Position numbers and translations under genes: made by a program | Notes under the pieces: generated by a model | Seen by the model: only the letters and a program-made list of their open reading frames with translations | Told to the model about the DNA's origin: nothing | Databases searched by the model: none | Origin: Macrostomum hystrix | Taxonomy: Eukaryota > Animalia > Platyhelminthes | DNA: 64,000 nucleotides | Reading direction: 5' to 3' | NCBI GenBank assembly: GCA_950097015.1 | Contig: CATNEN010000025.1 | Location: forward strand, 2,046,001-2,110,000 | Shown: piece after piece, positions 25,141 through 37,816 of the stretch | How the letters are laid out: each line of letters opens with the position of its first letter | Numbering within the stretch: position 1 is the stretch's first letter

Positions 25141-27175
25141 TAGCCCTTTCACTATCCCAATTCTTTTTAGGAACCTAAAAATCTATAGAAATCCCTATAT
25201 TTTTTAAAATACATTTATCTAGTGATTTCTCATGAATTCCTAAGCCTTATCGAAATCCCATTTGCACGTATCACAAAATTTGTTGTCCTTTACAGAAAAA
25301 AGTTTTTTTGTTGCTATGGTTTCTGTATTTCAAATGAATGACTTTCGCGTTTTCTTGCTTCTGTCATTGTCACATGCTTCTAATTTCGGTAATTGTGGCA
25401 TATTTATTTTGTTGGGCCTGTCATTTGGTTCCTTGCTTATCCTGTCCCAATGCTGCCTAACATAGTTCCACTAGAACTCTGCGGCATTTTAACTGGTCAA
25501 TAGTCTCCTACGAGCGTATTTCCTGAATGTTGGTGACCGAACAGAATTTTTTGTCGTATAGCGTAAGGAAATAATGCAGCAATAAAAGAAGCATAGAATG
25601 TTCTTCTAAACTAAATAGCAAGGTCTTTGTGTATATATTTAACGTCTTTATTTTTTTATTTTTATTGAAATAATAAAATAATAAATCGTGTGCTTGTGTA
25701 CTGGACTAGACTAATTTACAGCTCATCTAGGATGTCAAAGCTACATATAAATATCTGAATTCTTCCGACCAAATACTGATTAACAAGTCCAATCAGTGCA
25801 TGCATCCTGAAGTCGATCTTTCGATCGATGACCAGGGAAACGGTTGTCACTTCTAGGCCCTTTAAAACGATCTTTCATGGCGACGGTCGTCACCTCCTAG
25901 TCCTTCAGCGCATAGATCGTTTTAAAACGATCTTTTAGGGCGACGTCGTCTCCTACTCACCGTTAACCACCGATGCTTCATAGAGACGGTCTTTGCCACC
26001 TCGTCAATCTGTTAGTTTCGACCTTTTGTAGCTGGATCAGCCACTTATTCTTGCACTGGCTAGTGACAATATCCTTTGTGCTGAGTATATTTGTGCGTCT
26101 GGTAGTGCACTTAACGAAGCTTAACTTTAAATTAAAAAACTGTTGTGGGAAGTGCTTAGATGCACTGTGCGATCGACTTTGAATAAATACTCTACAATCG
26201 ACAGCAATTAGATTTTTAAAGGAAAATTTCTGTGCAATTTTGTGAGTATATTAAAATTTAAAGATAATTATTTTTAAAAAACAAAAAAAATTAGACTTTT
26301 TATGGATGGCGTTTTCTTGCCGCCCTTGCGAATTGCAATAATTTTTTACAAGAATCGCCCTTCAAATCCTCCAAGAATGGCCATTCCAATCGTCTGAAGC
26401 ATAGTCCTTCGAGTACACGGAGAATCGCCTCTAAAAAGTGTTTATTTGAATTGGCCCCTAAAATGGCGTTCAGGTCCCGATAGTCCTTAAACACGCCAAG
26501 GAAAACCTCAAATATTAGCTCCTTGCAGATCCGACAAGAAAAAGCTAGTAGATCTTGAGTGTCCAGCGTCTCTTTTTTTAAAAGCAGTTGTCAATTAAAA
26601 GCTGTCTAACAATATCAGTCCAGTGAGCCATCTTGCAGTAGCGTGAAATCCAGTTTCTAGTCGCAGTTCGTTGAGTTCCCATCGCGTGTGTCTGCAGGTT
26701 TAAAGGAAAATAGGCTTATCTTTATCAGCTTAATTAGTGCTAATGTTAGTTATTTGTATGAAACATCTTTTTAATCAATCAAATTGCTCATTGTCAATCG
26801 GGATGAGAGGGTTGTGTCAGAGCAGTAGAGTGTCTGTCTCTCGCGATCGCACTAAAGTGCGAGAGCTCGCTGATTCTGTGGCGTTGCCATATTCATTTGG
26901 GGTGTGGCCGTGGAGTTCGCACCTTAATATATCTCGACGATGCTGACATAGGAAGGCTTTAAAAGTTAGTTCATCGTAAAGGGCAGAAAATTTCTATCAA
27001 TATGGTGGACTTTCACGAAAATCGGACTTTCACGATCGAATGGCTTCCCCCATGCTGAGATTCGAACTCCTGACCTCTTGGTCAGCCATCTGTTGTTGTA
27101 CAAGCTCCCACGAACTTGCATCCTCGGAGGATCAGAGATCAGAGGATCATCTTACTAACTTACTTGCCAAATGAT

Positions 27176-30100
27176 TCAGGATCCGCCGACTCGTTTCCTC
27201 TGTCGCAGGGCGTCCCTGATAGCCATGACCTCGTTAACAATCGGTATTATTATTATGAAGGCGGCTGCGGCGAAGGCCCAGACGTCTACCAGAGTGATCC
27301 AGCTGTTGAAACCGGCTGGACTCAGCTTGGAGATGGCAAGCATGCCCAGCGGCCAGATGAGGATGAGGATGGCTGTGAGGCCCACAGCGCCGATGTTGGC
27401 GATGTACTTGGCCAGGCGGAAGGCTTTGTCGGTGGCTTCTAGGCTTGGCCGATTATCCAGGCAGTGCGCGCCGCTGAGGTTCATCTCCCTGATTTGTTAG
27501 GAAAATGTTTTTTAGATCACCCGATACTTTCTTAATGTAGTGTCTTCTTTCTCGAATTTCGGTGTAATTAGGCAGGTAGTTTTACTAATTAAAATACCTG
27601 TCAAAATCTTCTGCCTAGGATCCTTGCTATAATTATTGACTGCCACCTGTAGTTTCCATTAAATTTTATTTAGCAGTTCTATGTGACTCAACTAGCGAAA
27701 GTAGCGATTTCTAGGGAGCCTTCAGTGAGACTCCCGACCATAGGACATTGTGCTTGCGTTAAAATTGCAAAAGTTCAATGTATCGCTTCAGATTATCGAA
27801 ACGTCCACATTATCGAAACTGCAGGTGTGGCTTCTAGTTTCTGGGCGAATCTTTTGTTCCATGTTCTTTGTTCATTTACTCGATGCAGTTTCTAGTCCTG
27901 CTTTATTGCTGAATTCACAAGCGAGTATTTTGTTAAACCCAATTAGACATAAGGAGACTGCAACACCCTGTTAGACATGGGAGCCTGTAACACCTTGTTA
28001 GACATAGGAGGCTGTAAAACCCTGTTAGAGATGGGAGCCTGTAAAACCCTGTTAGACATGGAAGCCTGTAACACCGTGTTCGATATGGGAGCCTGTAACA
28101 CCATGCTAGAAATGGGAGCCAGTAACACCTTGTTAGACATGGGAGCTTGTAACACCCTGTTAGACATGGGAGCCTGTTACACCTTGTTCGATATGGGAGC
28201 CTGTAACACCATGCTAGAAATGGGAGCCAGTAACACCTTGTTAGACATGGGAGCATGTAACACCATGCTAGAAGTGGGAGCCTGTAAAACCCTGTTAGAC
28301 ATGGAAGCCTGTAACACCTTGTTAGACATAGGAGGCTGTAAAACCCTGTTAGAGATGGGAGCCTGTAAAACCCTGTTAGACATGGAAGCCTGTAACACCG
28401 TGTTCGATATGGGAGCCAGTAACACCTTGTTAGACATAGGAGCTTGTAACACCTTGTTAGACATGGGAGCCTGTAACACCATGCTAGAAGTGGGAGCCTG
28501 TAACACCCTGTTAGACATGGGAGCCTGTAACACCTTGTTAGACATAGGAGGCTGTAACACCCTGTTAGACATGGGAGCCTGTAACACCTTGTTAGACATA
28601 GGAGGCTGTAACACCCTGTTAGACATGGGAGCCTGTAACACCTTGTTAGACATAGGAGGCTGTAACACCCTGTTAGACATGGGAGCCTGTTACACCTTGT
28701 TAGACATAGGAGGCTGTAACACCCTGTTAGACATGGGAGCCTGTAACATCTTGTTAGACATAGGAGGCTGTAACACCCTGTTAGACATGGGAGCCTGTAA
28801 CACCTTGTTAGACATAGGAGGCTGTAAAGCCCTGTTAGACATGAGAGCCTGTAAAACCCTGTTAGACATGGAAGCCTGTAACACCTTGTTAGACATAGGA
28901 GGCTGTAAAACCCTGTTAGAGATGGGAGCCTGTAAAACCCTGTTAGACATGGAAGCCTGTAACACCTTGTTAGACATAGGAGGCTGTAACACCCTGTTAG
29001 ACATGGGAGGCTGTAAAACCCTGTTAGAGATGGGAGCCTGTAAAACCCTGTTAGACATGGAAGCCTGTAACACCTTGTTAGACATAGGAGGCTGTAAAAC
29101 CCTGTTAGAGATGGGAGCCTGTAACACTGTGTTCGATATGGGAGCCAGTAACACCTTGTTAGACATGGGAGCTTGTAACACCTTGTTAGACATGCGAGCC
29201 TGTAACACCATGCTAGAAGTGGGAGCCTGTAACACCCTGTTAGACATGGGAGCCTGTAACATCTTGTTAGAGATGGAAATTTATACCACCATTTTTAGGT
29301 GGAATAGTCACCTGTAACATCAGGTTAGGCATGGAAGTTCATAAACACCATGCTAGACAGGGAGTCTCTAAATTTTTTAATGTATTAACCTGAAAACTAG
29401 TCATTTGCGTGACAGAAACTCACTTGGAGTACAGCTCTGCCCAGGGATGCAGCGGATTGTCAATGTCGCGAGTCACCTCCCAAACTTCGGCCGCCTTTTC
29501 ATCTTGAAAGTCTCGATTGGTCACAAGGGAGACAACCACTGTGACAATGAGGCCGAGACCCATGGAGACCAAATTGCCAGCTAGCATGGCCTCATTCGAG
29601 CCCGTGCTCTTCATGAACTGGCCAAGGCCGCCCTCCATGAACGCCGCGGTTGTCAGCCAAGCCGCCAGGCCTAGCACTGTGCCGGACACTGCCCCCGCTA
29701 TCATAGCCTTGCCAGTCAGCCTCGCCCAGAACATGCACAGGCAGATGGGTGCCACAGCCGACCCGATCAGCACACCCATGAACAGGTACAGCCAGCCTAG
29801 AGAGATCTGCATGAAGTTCAGTATGAAGGTCAACGGTATAATGGCCAAAGTAGTCCACACAATGCACCAGTCCTTCATGGCGCCTAGGTAGTCTTTGTAG
29901 GTCCTGTAGGAGCCGTGAATTTTGCACTTGTAGACCGGCTTTAGGGCGCGTTTGTTGTTCGCGATGGCTCTGGAAAAAACATAGAAGCTATAGTTCAAAT
30001 TTGAACACGATGCTCATTGCTAATTTTCAAACATATTTTGCGCCTTGGCCAGACAAGCACTCACTCGTTATCCTGCTTGCACTCGGCACAGAATGTCATA

Positions 30101-33100
30101 CTCTCGCAGGCGCATTTGTCCCTAGGATTGGCCATTCGACCCTTGGCCTTGCCGCAGAGAACGCACGAGTTCGAGTCTAACGCGGCCCTGTAAGGCTGCA
30201 GGAGATTTTCCGGGTTTTAGTGTTTTTATCGCTTTGTTATAATCTTTGAACACCGGGGAGAAGTTCTCAATTAAATCGATGCCATGAATATGTTTGTATA
30301 TTTATGCAGCCGTGATTTACTTTTAATTGACGCGATAAAACACGAGACAATTTTCTAATTGGGCTTTCAAAAATATTCAAAAGACCAACCTTCAGGTGAA
30401 CAGCGTAAACGTCGTAGATTAGAATGGACACCACGGCTATGATCTCAGCAGAGCCAGTTGAAATGACAGCCATAATAAGCATGACCACGATCATTAGCTC
30501 GCCAGGTTGACCCAGTAATCTCTGAGCGACCGCAGGTGGAACAAGGCCTGGATATAAGTAAAAATGAATGCTAGTTTGGTGGCTTTGGCTCGTACTAATG
30601 GAAGTAATATGGCATATGGCGATCTCAAATTACAGTTGAAAACCAACCCTTATCGACGTCTCCATCGGATAGAATCGGTTGGCCCTGCAAGAAGCTCAGG
30701 CTGATGTAGCCGAGGCCCATCGCCGTGGCGAAGCAGAATGGAATGGCGAACCAGACCATGCCGCCAGATAGGAAGCCCAGGGCGCCGGTTTTGGGCTTGG
30801 CAGCTACGCTGGACTGCCAGAACGACTGGTCCACGAACACTGTGCCGAAGTTGCCTGTGGATGCGTAGGGAATTCCACTTGGATTGGCGTTTATCTTTGA
30901 TTTTCCTGCTTATCAAATTGACCAATTATTGATTGACGATTCTTTCGTCTCGACCGAAAAAAGCTTTCACCTAATTCCCCGAATTCCAACATTCCCAAAG
31001 AGTCACAGAATTCAATTTGTTTAAACTTAAAAAGATTCAAGTTGAAAATTAGAACCTGTTTTCCTGTATTCATTAAGGGATAAAGAAATGATGGCATTTC
31101 ATCCACAAAAGAATGTTAAAAGAACTCGTGAACTTGCACTATTAAATTATTACTTTAGGAATAATCTTGTCACCAGTGCCAGGATCCGGATGTAGCTGAA
31201 GCATTATTACTTTTAGTTTCCTTTATTCATGCACTAACAGAATTTTTTGTCCATAACGAACCCGGCCTCACTCACCGATGATGTTAATAATGCCGAACAT
31301 CAACCCGTCAATGCTGACCAGAGTCAGGTAGCTGCGACCCTCATTACCGATCGGGCCCTTTGAGCAGTCCACATATTGGTAGACCTTGGCCACGGAACCT
31401 GCAGTGACGGGGTTTGTGTGTGCGTCAACAGCACGGAGAAGACTGTCTGTTCTAATAGCTTTCAGCATATCAGCTTATCGAAAAATAAGGACATAAGGAC
31501 AGTGTCTCGTCACCCGTCACTTGTAGTCGGGGAGGGCAGTGTGGGTGGAGTGCGGAGCGGTAGCGAGTTGAACTCTCGCACCAAGGTCCCTGAGCTCAAA
31601 TCCATGGAGAGGCCACATTCATTTTGGGGCGCAGCCGCGTAGAGAAGGCTTGAAGGCTTGTCGTGCAAATATACGCCCTTGAGAGCCGACCCCCATTTCA
31701 CATTGAGAGTGCACACTGTGACGATGAGAAAGTCAGGGCAGATGTACCCACCTGTGTGTGTGTACCTGCGTGTGCCCAGAGGTCAGCGGGATGGGCAAAA
31801 TTGCCTCCTCGCTGTCGACAAAATAACTCGGCTGTGCCCACAGCTCCCAGGAAAAAGTTTTTTATTTTTTGTGGAGGCCTTATAAGGCAGAGCAGTGTTC
31901 TCACCAAGCGGGTTGCCGGGTGTCTCAGCGTGATACACCTGCATGATGCAGATGAGCAAAATAATGAACATTATGGTCGTAGCGCAGTAGCTCATGTAGA
32001 AAGTGGCGCCCAGGCCTCCGATGAAGGTGTAAGAACCGATCACAGCACAGATGAGACAGGTGGCGTACTCCACCGAGAAGTCCTTGATCAGGTTTGTGAG
32101 CACAGCTGTTCCGCCTTTGACAAGGGTAATGAGTTTCCATTTCTTCAAACATTTTAATAGACCTTATAAATCTTATTTCTAATGATCCCTTGACTCCACT
32201 CACCCAGCATCAGCATCGAGGTGACGATAATATTTGTAGCCAGGGCAAACACGCAGAAAGTGACGTGTGTTTTCTTGTCGAACCTGGCCCAGATCACCTG
32301 CAGGAAGGTCTTGGCTCCCGGTGCTCTTATCTTCAACTGCACCGAGATCATTGCAAACAGCAGCAGCTGAATGGTGGCTCCGGATGCGTACCAGAACGGC
32401 CCGGAGATGCCGTATTTGCTGGCTACTGAGGAGGACTGCAGCAGGGTGGCAGCCCAGGTCCATTGGGATACCAGGGTGGTGGCAGTCAGGCCGACGCTAA
32501 CATTGCCACCGGCGTCGAACGAATTGTCGCCAGTGTCCTGCGGTTTTTTGGTAATGCGAGGCTTTTGTGAGCATTATCCAGTGGACTTGGCATCGAGTGG
32601 ACTTGGTATCGACAGGACTTGGTATCGACAGGACTTGGTATCGACAGGACTTGGCATCGAGTGGACTTAGCATCGAGTGGACTTGGTATCGAGTGGACTT
32701 GGTATCGACAGGACCTGTCGACAGGACTTGGTATCGACAGGACTTGGTATCGACAGGACTTGGCATCGAGTGGACTTGGTATCGAGTGGACTTGGTATCG
32801 ACAGGACTTGTGTTGTGAGCTGCGTCTCACAATGACCTTGCTCCGACCCCTGCGTCTCTAACCCTTCCACCCCGGCCACCTGCTCAATCCAGTTCTGCCC
32901 GGCCCCGGCTTAGGCCACCCTCCTTTATCGTTGTTTGTCGCTCGCCCATTGGCTGCCCCCTGCGCCGTCTTCGCTAGTCCAATCAGGCCTCTCGCCAAGG
33001 AGACTTCTGATTGGCTAGCCGGCCTCTCCTTCTCTCTCTCGGCTCTCAGCCTTGTGTGTTTGCCCCCACCCCAGCCCTGCGTGGCTTAGCCCTACCCCGT

Positions 33101-34370
33101 CCAGCCCTATGCCCTCGCCCCACCCCATGCTGTTATTTATTAGCGCGCGCTGCCCGTGGCCAGCCCCGCGCCCCCCGAGTACTATTGTGAGAACGCTGCC
33201 CTGAGTTAGAAGCGAAAAATCCATACAATAATAAACTACGCAGCCTGAGCTACACTAATTGCCATGAGTGCAGCGTTCTATCCCTCCCGGTAAGAAAAGC
33301 ATTAACGAGTTATTTATTTGTCCGTGCTCAAACCTTGTTCCTCTGCCCGACCTCTGCTGCTGCCAAAAGCTCATCATCATCATCCTTCTCCTCCCGAGTC
33401 TTCCCTCGAGTCTGCGAAGCGTCGGTACGCCTCCAGACCGTCATCCACCTTTCTCTGGGGCTGTCGAATGGCTACCCGCTCGCAGTCAAAGCCTTCACGC
33501 ATCCTTCTGTGCCGGGCTTAGCGAGTGTCTGTACGCTCCAAGCCCATCCCGTCTCTCCTCGGAGTGTCGGAACGCCTCGTGGGTCGCTGCTTCCCATCCC
33601 TCCTCCCACGGCAAGCTTTGGGCGGTCCGTACCCAAACCCCTACTACCGCGTCGGCGAACTGCCGACGGTACCGATAAACTACAACACTTGACATCGAGT
33701 GGGCTTGGTATCGACAGGACTTGGCATCGAGTCGACTTGATATTGACAGGACTTGATATTGACAGGACTTGATATTGACAGGACTTGATATTGACAGGAC
33801 TTGATATTGACAGGACTTGATATTGACAGGACTTGATATTGACAGGACTTGATATTGACAGGACTTGATATTAACAGGACTTGATATTGACAGGACTTGA
33901 TATTGACAGGACTTGATATTGACAGGACTTGATATTGACAGGACTTGATATTGACAGGACTTGATATTGACAGGACTTGATATTGACAGGACTTGATGTT
34001 GACAGGACTTAGTATTGACAGGACTTAATGCCGGCTAGACTTGACATCGGCAGGACTTTGTTATCGAGTGAAACTGGTACTCGTATCCTTTGGACTTCAC
34101 ATCGTTTAGATTTGGTATAGATTTGAAGTATTAAAGTGCATAAAATGAAACGAAACCAACTATACCGCTCACCATCTGCTGGTAGACCTGGTCCGTCAAG
34201 ATCTGGAAAAGCTTCGCCACCATCACGGACACGCAGCCGATTATGAATAGAATCAACAGGGCATTCGAAGCGTTGAAACTGGCGTGTACACCCTTCACGA
34301 CAGACGTGTTGGCCGACACGGCGGTCGCCAGAAGCTCGCATTGCGTCAAGTTCGTTTCAGCTACGTCCAT
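27176..34370 (-). CDS. DUR3: DUR3-like urea active transporter (sodium:solute symporter family), 9 exons, ~747 aa
   Basis: Phase-consistent exons: 34370-34173, 32561-32204, 32114-31905, 31398-31276, 30854-30648, 30547-30390, 30195-30065, 29969-29424, 27488-27176. DUR3 motifs present: VSQWTWAATLLQSS, YGISGPFWYASGATIQ, GNFGTVFVDQSFWQS, GGMVWFAIPF. Confidence 0.92.
27958..29350. repeat. 27-bp minisatellite in the last DUR3 intron
   Basis: Unit ggagcctgtaacaccctgttagacatg. Confidence 0.95.
31541..31813 (+). mobile_element. tRNA-derived SINE family B copy in a DUR3 intron
   Basis: Shares ctctcgcaccaaggt, ggcgcagccgcg-agagaaggctt, gacgatgagaaagt and aaaattgcctcctcgct with the reverse complement of 24865-25140. 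Confidence 0.7.
32585..34075. repeat. 16-bp minisatellite split by the solo LTR (32585-32810 and 33688-34075)
   Basis: Left units atcgacaggacttggt and atcgagtggacttggc; right units attgacaggacttgat. Confidence 0.9.
32811..33687. mobile_element. Solo LTR (877 bp), probably Ty3/Gypsy type
   Basis: Begins TGTTGTG and ends TACAACA (TG...CA, 6-bp perfect terminal inverted repeat). Flanked by a 4-bp direct repeat cttg (32807-32810 and 33688-33691). Contains CCAAT boxes and an AATAAA, and has no internal coding domain. Confidence 0.8.
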
Positions 34371-35199
34371 GCCGCTTGATGAATTGGCTGAAAAGGTGTG
34401 CAGACTTACACTCAATGTTTTATTTAATTGTTTCTAACAAATTTTCCAAGCCTTCCAAATTAAATTCCATTATTTCTGAGAGTATCTATGAGATTACAAT
34501 CTATCAGATTCGATCCCTTTCACTTTTCACAAGAGATTCCATCCCTTCACTGTGAGATTCCATCCCTTCCACATGAGATTCCATCCCTTCCCTATGAGAT
34601 TCAACATAGTACTCATGAGATTCCACACCTTAAAAATTAAATACTTCCGTTCGTAAGGTGTAACAACTTTTATTCGTATCCAAAAAAACTATACAATGTT
34701 ACAAAGTTCTTCCAAACCGATTATTATCGATCAGCAGATAAGACAAGAATGCAGAAGAAATCGAAGATTATTAATAACGGGCGTCCTTTCTCGGACACTA
34801 GAAATCAATGCCGGGATTGTTGCGTTTTCGTATTTTCTGTGTTCGGAGAAAACCGAACTGCAAAAAAGAGAATGAACAAAAAATAAGCAGAAGCTCGCCT
34901 AGATGAGTCGAACCTCGCATTGAAATATCGATCGAAAATGTCTAGAATCATCCACAACAACTCTCGGGGTGCAAAAAATCGATGCAATCAAGCATATGAA
35001 CAGAATCGGAAAATAATGGGACTAGAGGCTATGCTTCGCCTTGTCAGAATTGAATTTAAACGCTTTTTCTTGTGAAAGCCTTGAGATATTTATATTGTAG
35101 TTTAAGGGCTAATCTTAAATTTTGAATTTTAGTTTAAATTCAATGGAATTCTGTCCGAGAGATCTGATCTCAGACCAAGGGACCAGCAATTGAGATCTT

Positions 35200-35340
35200 G
35201 TGCAAGTTATTTAATTCCCTGTTGCGCGCGTTCACCCAGCTGTATAATAGCCAACATCAGCAGTGTGGATGCGACCTCCCAGTCCATGGACTGAACATCT
35301 GTACACAGCCACTGGCTGTCGCAGTCGCAGCCATAGACTG
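35200..35340 (+). mobile_element. SINE family A diverged fragment
   Basis: Shares gttcacccagctgt and cccagtccatggactgaaca with the other copies. Confidence 0.55.
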
Positions 35341-35815
35341 TCATTTCTGTCTATGTTACTTAAAACTTATGACACATCTTATTTGGTCTAATTATTAACA
35401 AAATCACGTTTGTGTCTAAGAAAAAGTACAATGTTTAAAACAAAAGAAGAACGAACCTCTGACCTTGAACAGCTCTGGTCTAGGGCCTTCTTTTTGTTAA
35501 TTAGAAAATCCGTAAGCTTGCTGCTTGCAGGTGAAGCTTGCTCAACACGAAAGTAATTTGCCGGGTTGTCAAGGCCTTTCTTGACCCAAAAGAAAATGTG
35601 AATCGCGTGGTGTTACGGTCCAGCTGCCCTGAGTCATTCTGATTGGTCGAGCAACTCGAAGGCCTATCAGTAATCATTAGTCAATCTCAAAATTCATAGT
35701 TTTATGTTGAACAACAGAAAAAATACAGTCGATGACAAAAATATTGACGTTTTATTGCTTCAAATAATTCAATCAAGTCCTTGCAGTGAAGAGACCGTTT
35801 TAACGGCATGTACGT

Positions 35816-36130
35816 GGGGGTTGTAGCCTAGTTGTAGGCAAGATGGTCAGACTTACGACTTGAAGGTCAGGGGTTCAATTCCCGACTCCGCTGGAACAAT
35901 TTGTATCCTTTAGTACGACACTTACCTCTGCACTTAACACTTACTTCAGTTCACCCAGCTGTTAAATGGGTACCTGCATCAGCTGGGGAATTTGAGGGTG
36001 GGTGTGGCGTCCCCCCCAGTCCATGGACTGAACAGGCGTACGCAGCCTTCAGATGCGGCCCACAATAGCTGCGGCTGTGCTGTCGGCTGCACATCTGGTC
36101 CGATAGGGGCAAGTATTATCAATTTTTTTT
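35816..36130 (+). mobile_element. tRNA-derived SINE family A (CORE-like central domain), most complete copy
   Basis: tRNA head (TAGCCTAGTTGTAGG...GGTTCAATTCCC), then tgtatcctttagtacgacactt...cagttcacccagctgttaaatggg resembling the CORE consensus, then a 3' region shared with the copy at 13661-13876. Confidence 0.7.
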
Positions 36131-36662
36131 ATTTAGATAATTAAGTATTACTCAAATAGATTTGAGTAATCCATCTTTAGCAAAGTGACGATAGTGTATT
36201 TAATCCGCTTTTTCAGTTTGCTTCTCATCATCTAATGCATGCTTCGAAAATATGAAATTCTGTTGATATACTAGATTTTGATGATCAGTAACAGGAATAA
36301 TTCAATGTTAATCATTTGCTTGGGCGGCATCAAGTGACTCGCATTGTACTTTTTGCCTGTTTGCACAGTCAGCTTATTTAAATTTTCAATGATTTTAACG
36401 TTTTTTGTATCGTTTTGTCCAGTCAGCTAATTGAAAAACATCCAGTTAATCAAGAGGCTTCATTTCATGCGCATGCCGTTTGCTTGGAAACAAAATAGAA
36501 TTCAAAAAATATTTTCGTCTGGCTGAATCTGGATATTTTAATTGGATTTGACAAAAAAAAATAATTGCAGCATTGTTTTTTTTATGAAAGAAATCACAGC
36601 ACAGCCTTCTCTTCCAGTTCAGGAACTTGTGTACCGCCCAAAACACTTACCTTCTTACTTTG

Positions 36663-37328
<666 letters not shown>

Positions 37329-37366
37329 TAGGCTGATATTTAGGTAGGCGAATTCGACTGATCAAA

Positions 37367-37816
37367 ATGCAGTTCTGGTCTCTGATTTCGGCAGCACTGT
37401 TCGTAGCCGCCGCAGCAACTGTTGCTGGCCAGCCTATAAATAAAAGGGCCAACGGCAAGTGCAAGTTGTTGACAGAGGTTGTTACTAAACTGTCAGCGGA
37501 AAGTACATACGGCAGGTGTACAGAACTATCTCGACTCTCAACAACGGCTGCAAGTGGGTGCTCAGTGGAGGCACTGAGTCTTAGTACACAGAAGTGGGGA
37601 TGTGTAATCATTGCAAAGAATGGAGTGAGTCGGGTCTATCTTCAGTGCGTCAATATGTACATTGCGAGTGCGGCATCGAATCTTTACCACTACCGATCTA
37701 CCACCAAACTGCTAAGAAGTTCTTGGTCCCGACTGCAAGTACTACCTCACGGATCTGAATTATATAGACCTGCCCTGTGTTGCGAAAAGCTAATGTACTC
37801 GGCTTTAACTTATTAA
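37367..37816 (+). CDS. Putative secreted Cys-containing prepro-protein, family not recognised
   Basis: 149-aa ORF with a hydrophobic signal peptide (MQFWSLISAALFVAAAATVAG), a short QPINKR segment ending in a dibasic site, and 7 Cys. Splice-acceptor-like AGs lie at 37331 and 37343. Confidence 0.6.
   Translation: MQFWSLISAALFVAAAATVAGQPINKRANGKCKLLTEVVTKLSAESTYGRCTELSRLSTTAASGCSVEALSLSTQKWGCVIIAKNGVSRVYLQCVNMYIASAASNLYHYRSTTKLLRSSWSRLQVLPHGSELYRPALCCEKLMYSALTY

Noticed and set aside
27977-29317. 446-aa ORF of (MGACNTLLD)n, superficially like a repeat protein
   Set aside because: It is the translation of a 27-bp minisatellite lying antisense in a DUR3 intron. The unit length is a multiple of 3, and ORFs are open on both strands.
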